Source of the DNA: Cirrosporium novae-zelandiae
Lineage: Eukaryota
Assembly (NCBI GenBank): GCA_026023565.1
Contig: JAPETS010000004.1
Coordinates: 310,001-374,000, forward strand
DNA length: 64,000 nt
Direction: 5' to 3'
Of the stretch, positions 13,938-26,077 are shown one piece after another. The position numbers and the translations under genes were made by a program. The notes below the pieces were generated by a model. It was given only the letters and a program-made list of their open reading frames with translations. It did not search any database and was not told the DNA's origin. Position 1 is the first letter of the stretch. Each line of letters starts with the position of its first letter.

Positions 13938-16078
13938 TGGTTTCCAGTTTTGAAGAATTTTCATGTTGCAAGTATATTGATAATCACGTTGTTCTGCGCT
14001 GACGTCTTAATGCATGATTTTATTTTTTTCAAGAGGGAATTTGGCTTTCAGATATTGACCTTTTGTTATGATTTTTGAATGTACAGTTCCTCAAGACAAA
14101 TGTGTACGAGGAGGATGGATGTATCCTGCTAGACCCGGCAGCAGCAAGCGGCTGGCCGCTGTTGCTCACTTAATGCTAGGTTTCATGAGCTTAATATGAT
14201 GTCCTAAATATTAAAAAGAAAAAGAATGAGAGGGAAAGAAGAAGAAAAACTTATAGGTATCTAGGTGTTGTAAATGTCAGCACGAAATCCAATATTGGTC
14301 ATTAAATAGCTTACCATGATCATATATCTAGATGGACCACATAAAGTTTGCTGAGAAACGTATGATAGTAATACCGACAAAAATATAAAGTTTTGCTCTT
14401 CCGTAGAAAAACGTTGGCCAGCAAGGCGAGAGAGACAAACATGCTCAGCAGCCTTTCCCCAAAACTCAGCCACTGCAGCAGTGCCACACCACCAAACTCC
14501 AGCAGAAAGAAGATGGGCTTCTCCGAGGGCATCCATTAATTATTAGTTCTAATAAGATAGATAATAATTTCTTGTTATTACTTACCTGCAGCTTAACCCA
14601 CTTTATCCACCTACCTACTTGTATCGTGTCATCTAATCCACCGCTCCCGCCCCCCCGCTAATGCTAATGACAGACAGATTGATGCGTTGAATATGACTCG
14701 ATATCTTCTCTAATTAACTTCTTTCTAGACACTCACTGCACGGTAATTAATCGTACTTTACATATAGACCTAAAGTACATATACTATACTATAGTACATG
14801 CATATATAAAATATCAATATAGGTAAGAGTGAGAAAAACACATCCACACCGTGTTGCCTTACCTTACCTTACATTACATCATATCACATCACATAACACA
14901 ACTTGCTCTGTGTTCACCCAACATATCTAGAAATTATATTAATACACTACGTACTGTACTCAGTAAAATAACTTCCCATATTTTAAATCTCGATATAAAG
15001 CAATTGAATTTGTTTAAATAGACATCTCATCTAGTGTCAAGGCAGAGAGGGAGAGAGAGAAAGAGAGAGAGAGAGTTTCTCGGATCTTCATGGAGAATGG
15101 AAAGCATTATTCTTGTTTCTTGAGCAAGCGTGGCCTGAAATCACATGATTCCTCTACTCATTTATCCACTTATGACAAGATGACTAAACGACGACGACAA
15201 CAACAACATTAGATCTAGTAAATAAAATAAAATAAACAAAAAAAAGAACTCTAGCGGTTGACAGTGTACTGTACAACATCCATCCATTCATCGACCGTTA
15301 CCTATTCTATATATTATCCATCCATCTAACCAACTACCATCCCCTTTTCTTCTTGGAGTTTAAACGGTTACGATTAGATTAGATTAGTTTCTAGCCTTCC
15401 TCATTTTTTTTCTAATTTAATAACATGTGATTATGATTATGATTAGATTATATGGTTTAGGGTTTGGTTTCAAACCCTGTTGATTTATTTACTTACTTAT
15501 AGATATGCCAAGGGGGGTGGGGATGGTACATATGTAATGAGAGGAGGATAAGCAGGGCCTCTCGTATAGTTATGGTATGGTGTGGGTGCGTGAGTGTGTG
15601 TCTTTACACGCTTTCGTTACTTAAGAAGAAGCATATCCGTCCCTGAGATCTTGACATTTCCGCGGGGCGCGGATATGTTGGATTTTCCGGTTGCGCAGAT
15701 TTATTTGGTAAGCTGGTGGCTTGCTTTTGGTTTTTTGCTATTTTGTTTGGTCATCCAAGTATTCAAGTGGAGTGAATATTGAGTGGGTTTTTTCTTGAGG
15801 AGGGGGGATAAGAGGGAACAAGCAAGTAAAGCTATGGCTTGTTGTCTATCTGTCATAAGTCGTATGATTTTTGCTCGCGATTTTAAAAATGGAAATAGGG
15901 TTATGAGATAAGTTATATATATCTAAGGTATCTTGTCATATCTTGCCTTGTTCATGGTAGACTAATAAGTTGGTCTTCTTGGTATTTATTTAACAATAAA
16001 ACCCGCAACCCTGTTTTAAGGATAATTTTTCAATCCTGCTCTTTTTCATTATCCAATTCAATACTTTCTTACTTCGTT

Positions 16079-17846
16079 ATGGCTGCAGCTGTTCAATATC
16101 ATCCCGTAAGGATTGATCAGCCAAACCTAGCAACACAGTTCAACCGCTCCTCTGAACCAAAATACCCCAAATTCCCCTTTTCCCGTCCTTACGGCGCTGA
16201 ACCAGCACTCGAATATGCCAATCTTCGAAAGAACCATCCCGTTTCCAGAGTCGAGCTCTGGAATGGAAGTCATCCCTGGCTGGTGGTGAAGCACAAGGAC
16301 GTGTGCGAGGTTTTGACCGATACGCGCCTGTCGAAGGAACGTACTCGTCCTGGGTTCCCGGAGATGAGTGCTGGTGGGAAGGCGGCGGCGAGGAATAAAC
16401 CGACGTTTGTTGATATGGATGCCCCAGAGCATATGCAGCAGAGGTGAGAAGGAACCAGTTTTACATAAGTTATCAAATGCTTTTAAAAAGGTAGATGGAA
16501 GACTGAACCGGTTACATTTTTGCTATAGGAGCATGGTCGAAGGTACCTTTTTCGCTGAAAATGTTCAGAAAATGCGCCCGCACATCCAGGAGACTGTCGA
16601 CAATCTTCTGGATGCGATGATCAAGGAGGGTGGCGATAAACCAGTGGATCTGGTTGAGAAGTTCGCTTTGCCTGTTCCTTCATACGTAAGTTGATATATC
16701 TCGAATGGAGTATTAGCAACAACCCTTGTTGACATAAGAAAAAAAGATTATATACGGTATTCTTGGAGTTCCATTCGAAGATCTTGAATACCTGACCAAA
16801 TGCAATGCTATTCGAAGCAACGGGAGTGCGACCGCCACGGAGGCTTCCAATGCCAATAAGTGGGTTTATCTAGTTTCCTTCGTCTTCTTTTTTTGGGAAC
16901 AATAGCTGACAAAGCTTCTTTTCAACAATCAGAGAGCTCTTGGATTATCTCGGAAATTTGGTTGACCTAAGGGTTGAGAAGCCCAAGGATGATGTAATAA
17001 GCAAGCTCGTTGTTGAGCAGGTATGTACTGATTGTGCAGTATCCAAATTTTTCATTGGATGTTTCTTCCTAACCAACTGGTGGTCCATTTCTAGCTCATA
17101 CCGGGACATATTGAGAGGTCGGATGCTATTCAGATTGCCTTTTTGTTATTGGTTGCCGGGAATGCAACCATGGTTAACATGATCAATCTCGTACGCCCTA
17201 ACCCAAAGAACCTATCTTTTTCAACTTACTGTCTTCTAATTTTCTCAGGGTGTTGTTACTCTTTTCCAGCACCCCGATCAACTAAACGCCCTCAAGGCCG
17301 ACCCATCTCTTTCAAAACCGTTTGTTGAAGAGCTCTGTCGATTCCACACCGGATCTGCTATGGCGACCCGTCGTGTCGCCAAGGTTGATATCACTCTCAG
17401 AGGCAAAGTTGGTGGATTGAATACCCCTTCGTTTTTACGTATTGTTTACTAATGACCCTCTTTATTTAGCTCATCAAAGCAGGAGAAGGTATTATTTGTT
17501 CTAATCAATCCGCTAACCGCGACGAGGAGGTGTTCCCTGATCCAGACACTTTCAACATGTACCGTAGACGCGGATCTGAAGAAGCCCTTGGATTTGGTTG
17601 GGGGCAGCATCGTTGCCTTGCTGAGTGGCTCGCTCGTGCTGAACTCGAGATTGTTTTTGGTAAGTTTTCTATCTTATATTTAATCAGATGTGGAAATGGT
17701 TGACTAAATGTTGCCTCTCGTTCGACCCTGCAGCTACTCTGTTCCAAAAACTCCCTGGTCTGAGACTCGCTATTCCCTTTTCGGAGATCAAGTACACTCC
17801 GCCGGCCAAGGATGTCGGAATCACTGAGCTCCCCGTCCTCTTCTAA
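16079..17846 (+). CDS. CYP55: Cytochrome P450nor, fungal nitric oxide reductase (CYP55); 8 exons 16079-16443, 16529-16685, 16747-16859, 16933-17020, 17095-17190, 17249-17407, 17470-17659, 17734-17846
   Basis: FPFSRP, LSKERTRPGFPEMSAGGKAAARNKPTFVDMD, I-helix LLVAGNATMVNMI, EELCRFHT and heme motif LGFGWGQHRCLAEWLARAELE; no N-terminal TM anchor. Confidence 0.95.
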
Positions 17847-18059
17847 GGGGACTGGTGGTAGTTTTCTCCATTTTGCTATGTTCCATCACTTATCCCCTCT
17901 ATTTTCTGAGTTTCATCGTCAATAACTGTTATACTGGGTTCTTACATGATTTCCTGTGGATGAAGCTATCGGGTTGAAGCAGCGGCTTTTAGAATGGTCA
18001 AATATATATAACAGATGAAAGAAAAATATATTGCTTGTTCGAGCAAGAACCCCCGGGTG

Positions 18060-18340
18060 TAGTAGATTGGTCCACCATTGAGGCTTTATGATAGGAGAAG
18101 AGGCCATCGATGAGGGTGTAAAAGGTGATAATGACAGTAGGAACAATTATGGACAACATAAAGAGAAGGTAAGGAGGGATGTATTCGTAAGGATATTGCA
18201 GGGATAGGTAATTAGCGAGCACGCTTGAATTGAAGAGGTTAGTCCCCGAAGACTGGAAAGAGGCGATTAGCGTAATTATTATGCTCGAGTATACATGACA
18301 AGAACGTCATCAAATACATAGCTATCAACAAATTCAGCAT
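18060..18340 (-). pseudogene. Truncated relic of a PAP2/DPP1-type lipid phosphate phosphatase (N-terminal part only)
   Basis: SYVFDDVLV, then an intron-like segment, then LSLQYPY...IIVPTVIITFYTLIDGLFSYHK resemble the N-terminus of fungal PAP2 proteins; no catalytic KxxxxxxRP/SGH motifs follow. Confidence 0.6.
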
Positions 18341-18762
18341 TCCGCACACTCAAATCATCATGACTTCAATACTTACAAGAATATAGGCGCTTTGAAAAGC
18401 TGCTTCCCATCCATTAGTTGTTGATAGATGGCAAACAAGCTCAATGGCGGAGTTACCTCGGAATCTCGGCATTACACACATATAAGAAGTAGGAAGCTAC
18501 CAACACTTCTCTCAAGTTACTTTTTTTTAACGGAATTTGCACATAGTAACAACATTACTATTAAGCATTATAAGTACCTAAGGTACGGTAAGTAGATATG
18601 GGATTTTATGGATCTCCCGCTCTATCCGCTCTAGTGATGACCTTTCACTTTTTAAAACCATATGCACCAGTGACGCCTAACAAGCTTGGTATCCTACACA
18701 ACAGCTTAAAATATAAGGAATCACAGATTTAACTCAATAAGATTTGGATGCACGTCAACAAC

Positions 18763-20426
18763 TCAAGAATCACCTTTTGGTTTAAAGAGTTTTACCCTGA
18801 TCCCATCTGCCGGACACAGAATTGTTGCGTATCCCTTTCTAATCGTAGACGAAGATTCTACACTTTGGATCTTTGGATAGTGCTGCAGCATGCGGACAAC
18901 AACAAATGCGGTTTCTGTAAGGGCATATTGCTCTGAAGATCAAAGCATTTAGTATCATCTACCTGAAGTGGCAAGAACGTATGTGACTTACGACCAAGGC
19001 AAACTCGAGGACCTCCGCTGAATGCCGTGAATTCCCAACCTACTTTCCTTCCTTCCCATCGCTCTGGCTTCCATTCGTTGGCGTCGTCACCCCAGAGATC
19101 CTTACGGCGTTGAACGAGATACGATGAGTAGTTGACGATAGCACCTTTCGGAACTGCCACAGGCTGTTGGCCATCAGGCCCACCACCCACTGGCAAAACA
19201 GTGTCTCTTAAAACCATGCGCCCATTGAATGGACCAGCAGGATACAGTCGAAGTGTCTCTATAATGACCCATTGCAGATATGTGCAGGCTTTCAAGGAGC
19301 GGAAATTGATCTCGTTCTTTGGTTCAGATTCAGACCCGAAATGAGAAATGATTTCTTGTCGTAATCGGCTCAGATCATCTGGATGGCGGGTTAACATGAC
19401 GAAGACCCATGCAAGTAGCACCGCAGTGGTATCTCGGCCAGCAGTCAATATGTGAAGTGCTTGGTTACGTAATTCAAGGGAGCTTCGCGTCTGAGAAATC
19501 AGAGAATGTAAGAGCCCCGAGCCATCATTCGGTCCTTTTTCAAGATTAGACTCGTCATTGATGTCAAGGCGTCCACTGAAATGATCATTTGAGATGTCGG
19601 CGATAAACTTATCCACAATATTATGAACTCGGGAGCAGGCCTGACGGAAGGGAAGCGTATCCCACAGCCAGTACAAAGAACCTAGGCGAAAACGCCGACC
19701 AATGCAGTCGTTTGCATAATTGAGAGCCTCGGAAAAGCTTTGAGTTGAGTTGGATGTGTCGCCGTTTCCGATAGCATGTTTTCCCTGAAGAGTGGTAATG
19801 TGAGAACCGATGCTAGTTCCAAAGAGAAACTCCGAGATCGAATCAAGGGTCAGGTCAAAGAAGAGCTCTAGAAGCTCAACCTCCTTTATCCAGCCATCTT
19901 GGTCAGTCTCCCCAATGGCTTGAAAAAGATATCCAACATGGGTTTCCAATGACCTTATATCCTTCAATCGACGGAGTGTGAACTCTGGCCGAAGTAGAGT
20001 TCGTGCGTGTGACCAAGCCTGCCCATCACTTGTGAAAATGCCTTCGCCTAGAAGAGGATCTAGTGCTTTCACTCGACTCCTGACCCGTCCATAGTCTTTG
20101 AATCTAGTTGAGAGTATTGCCTGTATATTCTCCGGATCAATTGTGCTTATGACCTTGATTTGGTTGGTGAGAGGCGTGTGTAGGGCATGAGTTGAACCGA
20201 ACGTTGCGTACTTTAGGGCTAGAACGTCGTCAAGGAAGTCACCTTTTGGCCTCAGAAGATGAATCTTATGTCCCCAGCCGTATGGGAACTTGTTTGGGAT
20301 AGTTTTGGCTGGTGCGCAGTGGTTCTGGGTTTCAAAGGTCCGAAAAGTTTTTGAACGAACGAGGTATCGAACCACAGATGAAAGCCCATAGAGCACAATT
20401 AGTAGAAGAAGTAAGTTTAGAAACAT
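18763..20426 (-). CDS. Cytochrome P450 of the CYP52 clan (alkane/fatty-acid hydroxylase-like); intron 18991-18933
   Basis: N-terminal TM anchor, TIDPENIQAIL, LLGEGIFTSDG, AGRDTT, ETLRLYP, PERW and spliced heme motif FSGGPRVCLGQQYAL. Confidence 0.9.
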
Positions 20427-21600
20427 TCCGAATCTAATAATAGTCAACGAAATACTAGGTGTGATAATGATATTCACGAAAGAATGGTGGTCAGTCCACC
20501 GAATTAATGGAGAAGGATCAGTATTGAAAAATAAAATAGGGAAGGGCAAACCAGTTCTAATGCAACTTATCTACCTAGGTACCTAGGGAATTTTAATAAC
20601 ATGACAATTAAATTTTTCGTTGAAGGCCTCCCGAAGAGGGAGGGAGGGGGTATGATACCTCCCTTCTTGGATTTACAAGACAGCAACAACATGGAATAAG
20701 CCACCTTAATTGGTCTTCCAAGCAATTGTTAGAGGTTGAAGTTACTTTATTAAAACACAACATCTGAAAGAAGGATTGAGGAAAAAAGATAGATGCGTCA
20801 CATTGCTATTGCGGCTGTTGTTTGTATCGACGAGGATACCCTCAAGTTTTCTCTCTCTCTCTCTTTTCTCTTTTCAATGTCTCACCTGTCAACTACAACT
20901 AACTCCCTTGGATGTTTTAACATGTTGTTCTTTTCTAATAGTGGATCGGAGAAAAAAAAGTTGGGTGTAAATTGGAGAAAAAGTTGTATCTACATATAGA
21001 TGAGGCTTATCAAAAGGACCAGCCACATCCCTGAACAGCTTTACACTTTGTTGGTCGCACGAAAAAAGCCACCATGAATATACTTCAATTGTTTTCTATC
21101 ACGATTATGAGCACAATAAGTTGCATGCATAGCACGTGTGGATTCTTTTTATAATATGTCCCTGCATCCATTCTCTCGTATCGGCTTCTTCTTTCGTTCC
21201 CCCTGTCCCTCCGCTCTTTTCTCCTTGAGACTTGATAGCATCATTTTCTGGAAAAGGGTATTTCACAGCCTCCTCAAATCCCCATTCATACAAAGTATCG
21301 CCTTTCCTATTGCCGACAAGGCAAGACAAAACTTTATCTTCATCGGTGTCTTTGAAGAAAGAGTGTATTAATGAATAAAAATGCTCCTTTTTTCAATAAA
21401 ATTACCTAATTCTGAAGTAAATACTTCTCATGTTGTTGTACATGCCAATTTCGATCGCGTGGAGTACGCCACAGTTCACTGTGGGTGGTGTTTAATTCCC
21501 CAGCTTCACTGTAGATCATATCCACCCCCCCATTGCAGCCCTAGATATCAATGGAAATTCACTACTTGTCTCATTCCAGCCTTCGTTTACTTCCTTCAAC

Positions 21601-22297
21601 ATGCTTGACGCCATCCCTGGGTTGTTTGGACAGCCTGTTAATCCCTTCTTATGTTATCCCAACACAACAACAACCAGGCATGAAAACGCTGGTATATGCC
21701 CAATTTTTGTGGACAATAATAATGACGGCACCAATAATAGCACAAATTACATGCGTCGGAATTCCTGCCAGGACCTCCTTCCGAGAAACTGTCCATTCTA
21801 TCGCGACTGTGCCGAAGCAACTTGGAGCTGCAGCTCACGTGGTTATCTATCCTCTTAACTATAGAGAGGAATTCTGCGAAAGGTTTGAGAAGCGCCTCGA
21901 AAATTTTACGCCCGAGGGCCAAATCTAGATTTCGAAGACGATGTGCTGTCTCCAAGTAGTTCCCGTACCCTTCCTCAACGCCGGCACAAATGTTTATTCT
22001 CTTTCAGCAGTGGCTTTCTCATCTCATCCGAGGTGTTATGTGTACAGTGACTTCTGGATTTTATCATGCCGGGATTATTTTCAGGTCATCATGACAGTTG
22101 GGCTGGAGCTACTTAATTTGATGAGCCTCAACCAAGAATTTAGTACCCTGAACTTGTCTTTGGTCGATATGCAGAAAACTCTGCATGGGGAATACCTGGG
22201 AGTGGCTGATAGGGAACTGAAAAGGGAGGAGCAATTGGTTCTAGCCCTTTTACATTCATATTCTCTTCTTTTAGTAGGAAAGGCAGGGGAATCGTAA
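21601..22297 (+). pseudogene. Pseudogene of a Cys-rich secreted-type protein (possibly stanniocalcin-like); 5' boundary uncertain
   Basis: Reconstructed CQDLLPRNCPFYRDCAEATWSCSSRGY/PLNYREEFCERF...FTPEGQI*ISKTMCCLQ...AFSSHPRCY; 4-bp TATC duplication at 21844-21851 and in-frame TAG at 21926-21928. Confidence 0.65.
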
Positions 22298-22573
22298 TAT
22301 AGATATTGCTCAAACTCTAGCAACAAGTTACAGAGCGAACAAAATAATGATTTAAAGCGATGAGCGTGCTTAGAGACCAGGCTGCCAAGGCAGAAATATG
22401 TTCTATCATGCTAGGATAAATAGCCTAAAGCATGATTAGAGTGTGGACACATCAACTTGTTCATAAATTCATCCAATATATCCGGGATCCATCATCAAGT
22501 CTCGCTAACAGTCGATCTTCCTAATCACTAACACGATTAAAAAAAAGAAACCAGCTTGTATCCCATTCATTTC

Positions 22574-24250
22574 CTACCCTAGCCGTTTCTCCAGTTTCTT
22601 GAGGAAACGACCGACCCCCTTATCAATCTTATCCACTCTAGTCTCGAGCTTGCCCCCTCCCGCACTACCGCCTCCAGGCGTTGGTACTGGTTCTGAATGG
22701 TGGTGTGAATATTTACGTGGATGTACTTGCATTTCAGCTTCAGTAGGCTGATAAACTTGAGAATGTATATTGTATTGATTGGATCCACTTGGCGCTGCAT
22801 TGTATGAATCACGATTATGTTGTGAATATTCATGAGAAAGATTTGGAGCGAATGGACCGGGCTGATTAGGGGGTGGTGAGTGCCCTACTTGTTGGAGATA
22901 GTCAGGGTATTGCGGCTGCAGGTGCTGAACTGGTGGCCGATAATGATTTGGAGTACCTAGGACTTGGTAGGTCGGTGATAGTGGCGGGGATGTGGGTAGT
23001 TGAGGGCCCTGAGGCTGATATGGTTGGGATGACGTTGGTGGTAGTTGTGAAGGAGGGGGTGCAAATGACTGAGATATAGGTGTAGAGGAAGTATATGAGT
23101 GTGATGTGCGCTGGCTCGGAGGAGTTGATTGAGGAGGAGGTCCAGGGAAAGAAAGGGAAGAAGATGCCGCGCTATCATGCTGCCCCTGCACGGAGGGTAG
23201 AGGCTGGTTTTGAAAATATGAATTTTGGTTTTGCTGTTGATACTGAGGCTGGAACCCGGAGGACGGTGGAGGTGGAGGAGGAGGAAGGACTTGGTCCCCT
23301 TCAGAAGCAGCACCTACAAGGCCTGTTCCAGCCGCTCCATCAGGTGGAGGCGGTGTATCTACCCTTGGTTTGATCGGCTCTGGGGCTGCAGGGGCCGCAG
23401 GGTTATAAGCGAGTGGGGTATAATCGGTTTTTAGTGTTTCGGTGTCTCCCTGTGGCTGTGGCTTTGATTGATTAAAATTAGGGGATGGTGATTGAGGCAT
23501 CATTGTTGATGCTGGGGGTGGGGGTGGTGGAACAGGCACAGCGCTCGTCGCTGGCGACGTCGTATGCAATGAAGTCGAGGCCATCTGTTGAGCATGATGA
23601 TATGCAGGATCAGTTATAGCCATATTCTCTAGTTGTTGAACCACAGGACTCATAGCACCTTCATGAGGAGGTGGGACATGCGAAGCTACGTCTGATTCCA
23701 TTTGCCCAGGACCCAGAACCTTACGTGCAGAATCGAGGAAAAGCATTGCATCATCAAGCGTCCAAAAGTAGAGATCTAGTGTATGGATACGATACTGAAA
23801 TCTTCCCTCATCTCGAGGATCTGTACTAGGGAGCCGCCACTCATGGGCGCTCTCAGGAGACGGCGAGGGACCAGATGATGGTTTAGCAGCATCGTCCACA
23901 GTTATAGTACAAAGCGTTGGAAATTTGGATGAATTTTGGAGGTGGATGGTTTCAAGATCTGGGTGGAATTAGCATCCAATGTTTTTTTGCGTAAGGACGG
24001 TGTCTGGATTACAGCCGTTGAACGCATCTTGATCAGAGGTACCAGGGTTGTTAGCAACCTCTATTCTTCCCCGACTATTAGAAATATTTCGATACAGATA
24101 GACGTAACATCCTTTGTCAAATCGGTGATGGAGGGGTCGAGGATTGGGTGCAACAAAGTAATAATGAATATCAGCAAATCTGCAAGAGGGTTAGTGTTAT
24201 TTATAAGACCAAGAGAACTGGAACTCACAAAGTGACAAGTCTCTCTTCAT
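22574..24250 (-). CDS. Conserved fungal hypothetical protein with folded N-terminal domain and long Pro/Gln-rich tail; one intron near the start
   Basis: MKRDLSL, intron, then HYYFVAPNPRPLHHRFDKGCYVYLY...HTLDLYFWT, YNPAAPAAPEPI and C-terminal GVGRFLKKLEKRLG; continuous ORF to 22574. Confidence 0.75.
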
Positions 24251-24848
24251 CTGGTAGAGGAGGCATGATTACTAGAGGAGAGGGGGTACTCTGTTAGAAG
24301 ATATATGCTGTGGGGTTGAAGTTGGTAATCCACTATTAGGAATTGAGAGGAGTTATAGTATCAGTAACCTATTTTCAAAAAACAAGAGAGAATTAGAAAG
24401 AAAAAGAAATGTCGTAGGGTCAGAGTAGATGATAATCATCTCATCCTATTGCTACTATATTAACCACTGGGCTTTCCTTGGGCCTCCAGCGGTTACGTAG
24501 GGCTAGTCAAATGTAAAGTGCCATGCCAAGGAAGCGGAACATAGAGTTCTCCAATTCCTCCACACATCAGCGCCAAACATCCCTGTACCGTACTATGGTA
24601 CCACGGACTATGCCATTTTTTTTTATAGAAGTATAGAAACACCAAGACATCAATTAAGTGATTTTGCTGTTTAAAAAAAATCATCTACCATCTCCGGTAT
24701 GCAGACCACCTATGCAGACCATCGAATAAGGAGTTTATAGAGACTCCCCTCACTTTCTAACAATTTTCATGACAGCTCCATCTCCGAACCTCCGCCTATT
24801 ACCCAGGAAGGACTCCATTGTCGTCTCCTTGGATCGGCGCCCGACAAC

Positions 24849-25349
24849 ATGTCCCTCGTCAATCTATCCCACGTCTGCTCTCATCTCCAAAATGCCTCCA
24901 AGGCCCGTCTAGGTCTAACCTCTGTGCCTTCATCAAAACTCATCCTCGGCCTTATGCTTCAATTGCAGACTACCGGCTTCCTATCTTCTGTCTATCGAGG
25001 GGGACCGACTCCTCCACCGCCATCCTCACTGCTTGCTCTTCCCATAAGTACTGAGATGGAACCCGTAACCCAGGAAAATATTGCAACGCGGCGGCTATGG
25101 CTGGGTCTGAAATACTGGAACAACGAGCCTGTTTTGAGTAAGATGAGTATGATTAGCAAACCGACAAGACGGATCTGGATGGATAGCCAAAGCCTAGGAC
25201 GCATTATCAAGGGAAAGGGCGTAAACTACGTTGACGGACTAAGAATGCCCGGCGAATGTATATTTGTCGATACTGATCGTGGTATCATGGAAGCGAGGGA
25301 GTGTGTGGATAGAAAAATTGGTGGATTGCTACTTTGTCGAGCACGATAA
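24849..25349 (+). CDS. MRPS8: Mitochondrial ribosomal protein uS8m
   Basis: MSLVNLSHVCSHLQNASKARLGLTS...RLWLGLKY...ISKPTRRIW...TDRGIMEAREC...GGLLLCRA. Confidence 0.95.
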   Translation: MSLVNLSHVCSHLQNASKARLGLTSVPSSKLILGLMLQLQTTGFLSSVYRGGPTPPPPSSLLALPISTEMEPVTQENIATRRLWLGLKYWNNEPVLSKMSMISKPTRRIWMDSQSLGRIIKGKGVNYVDGLRMPGECIFVDTDRGIMEARECVDRKIGGLLLCRAR

Positions 25350-26077
25350 TATACATGTTATAAGCTGGAAGATTTTCGATGGAAATATATGCCTCCAGGC
25401 CGGGTAAGGATCAAAGCCTACCAATGTATGAATACAGAGGCAGTTCATTGTGTACTTTATTTATGTCCTTTTGAACCGCGGACTATTGCCCCAACCAAAA
25501 CATAGGGAGGATGGTGGTCGAAAGCCACTTAAGGAAAAGCCCTTCGATGGGCGCTGAATGGTTTGACCATTTAACGTTAATAACGTGTCAACCATGCCTT
25601 GCAATGCTAGAAGTAGTATCAAATCCTGTGAGCCTTTTATACTACTTAATTTTTATATACTATACCCTGCTTTCTATATACAACACACCTAAAAATATGA
25701 ACAGCACGGTTCTCTCGTTCTTGTTTTTTTCAGCCCTTTCAATATATTTTTGTGGCATCGTTGCCCTGTTGTCCATTAGTCGAAACTTGCTACATTTGAG
25801 CTCAAAACCGACAAAGCTACTAGATAACGGTTATGCAAATCATGAGTTGCTAGTTGCCCCATTAATGTCACATATCCTTGGTATAGGTTATCTCAATATT
25901 CTAGTCTCTATTGTAGGTATGATCACTTGATAAAATGACATAAGTGCAAGGACCGGGAGATATGTGATCCGGTTGTGCCGATATTTATAGTTGCCTAGAG
26001 AGGTCTTTAATAAGTGTTCTAGCCAAATGATTTGCACAAAATTATAACTCGCAACCCACACCAAAAAATCTTAAGGC

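Noticed and set aside
14261..14536. Two short overlapping minus-strand ORFs
   Set aside because: No recognisable family or splice structure; could be a relic but unsupported
15455..15478. TTTAGGGTTT telomere-like motif
   Set aside because: Single copy in low-complexity DNA
25511..25930. 139-aa hydrophobic ORF after MRPS8
   Set aside because: AT-rich convergent intergenic/UTR sequence with no recognisable motif
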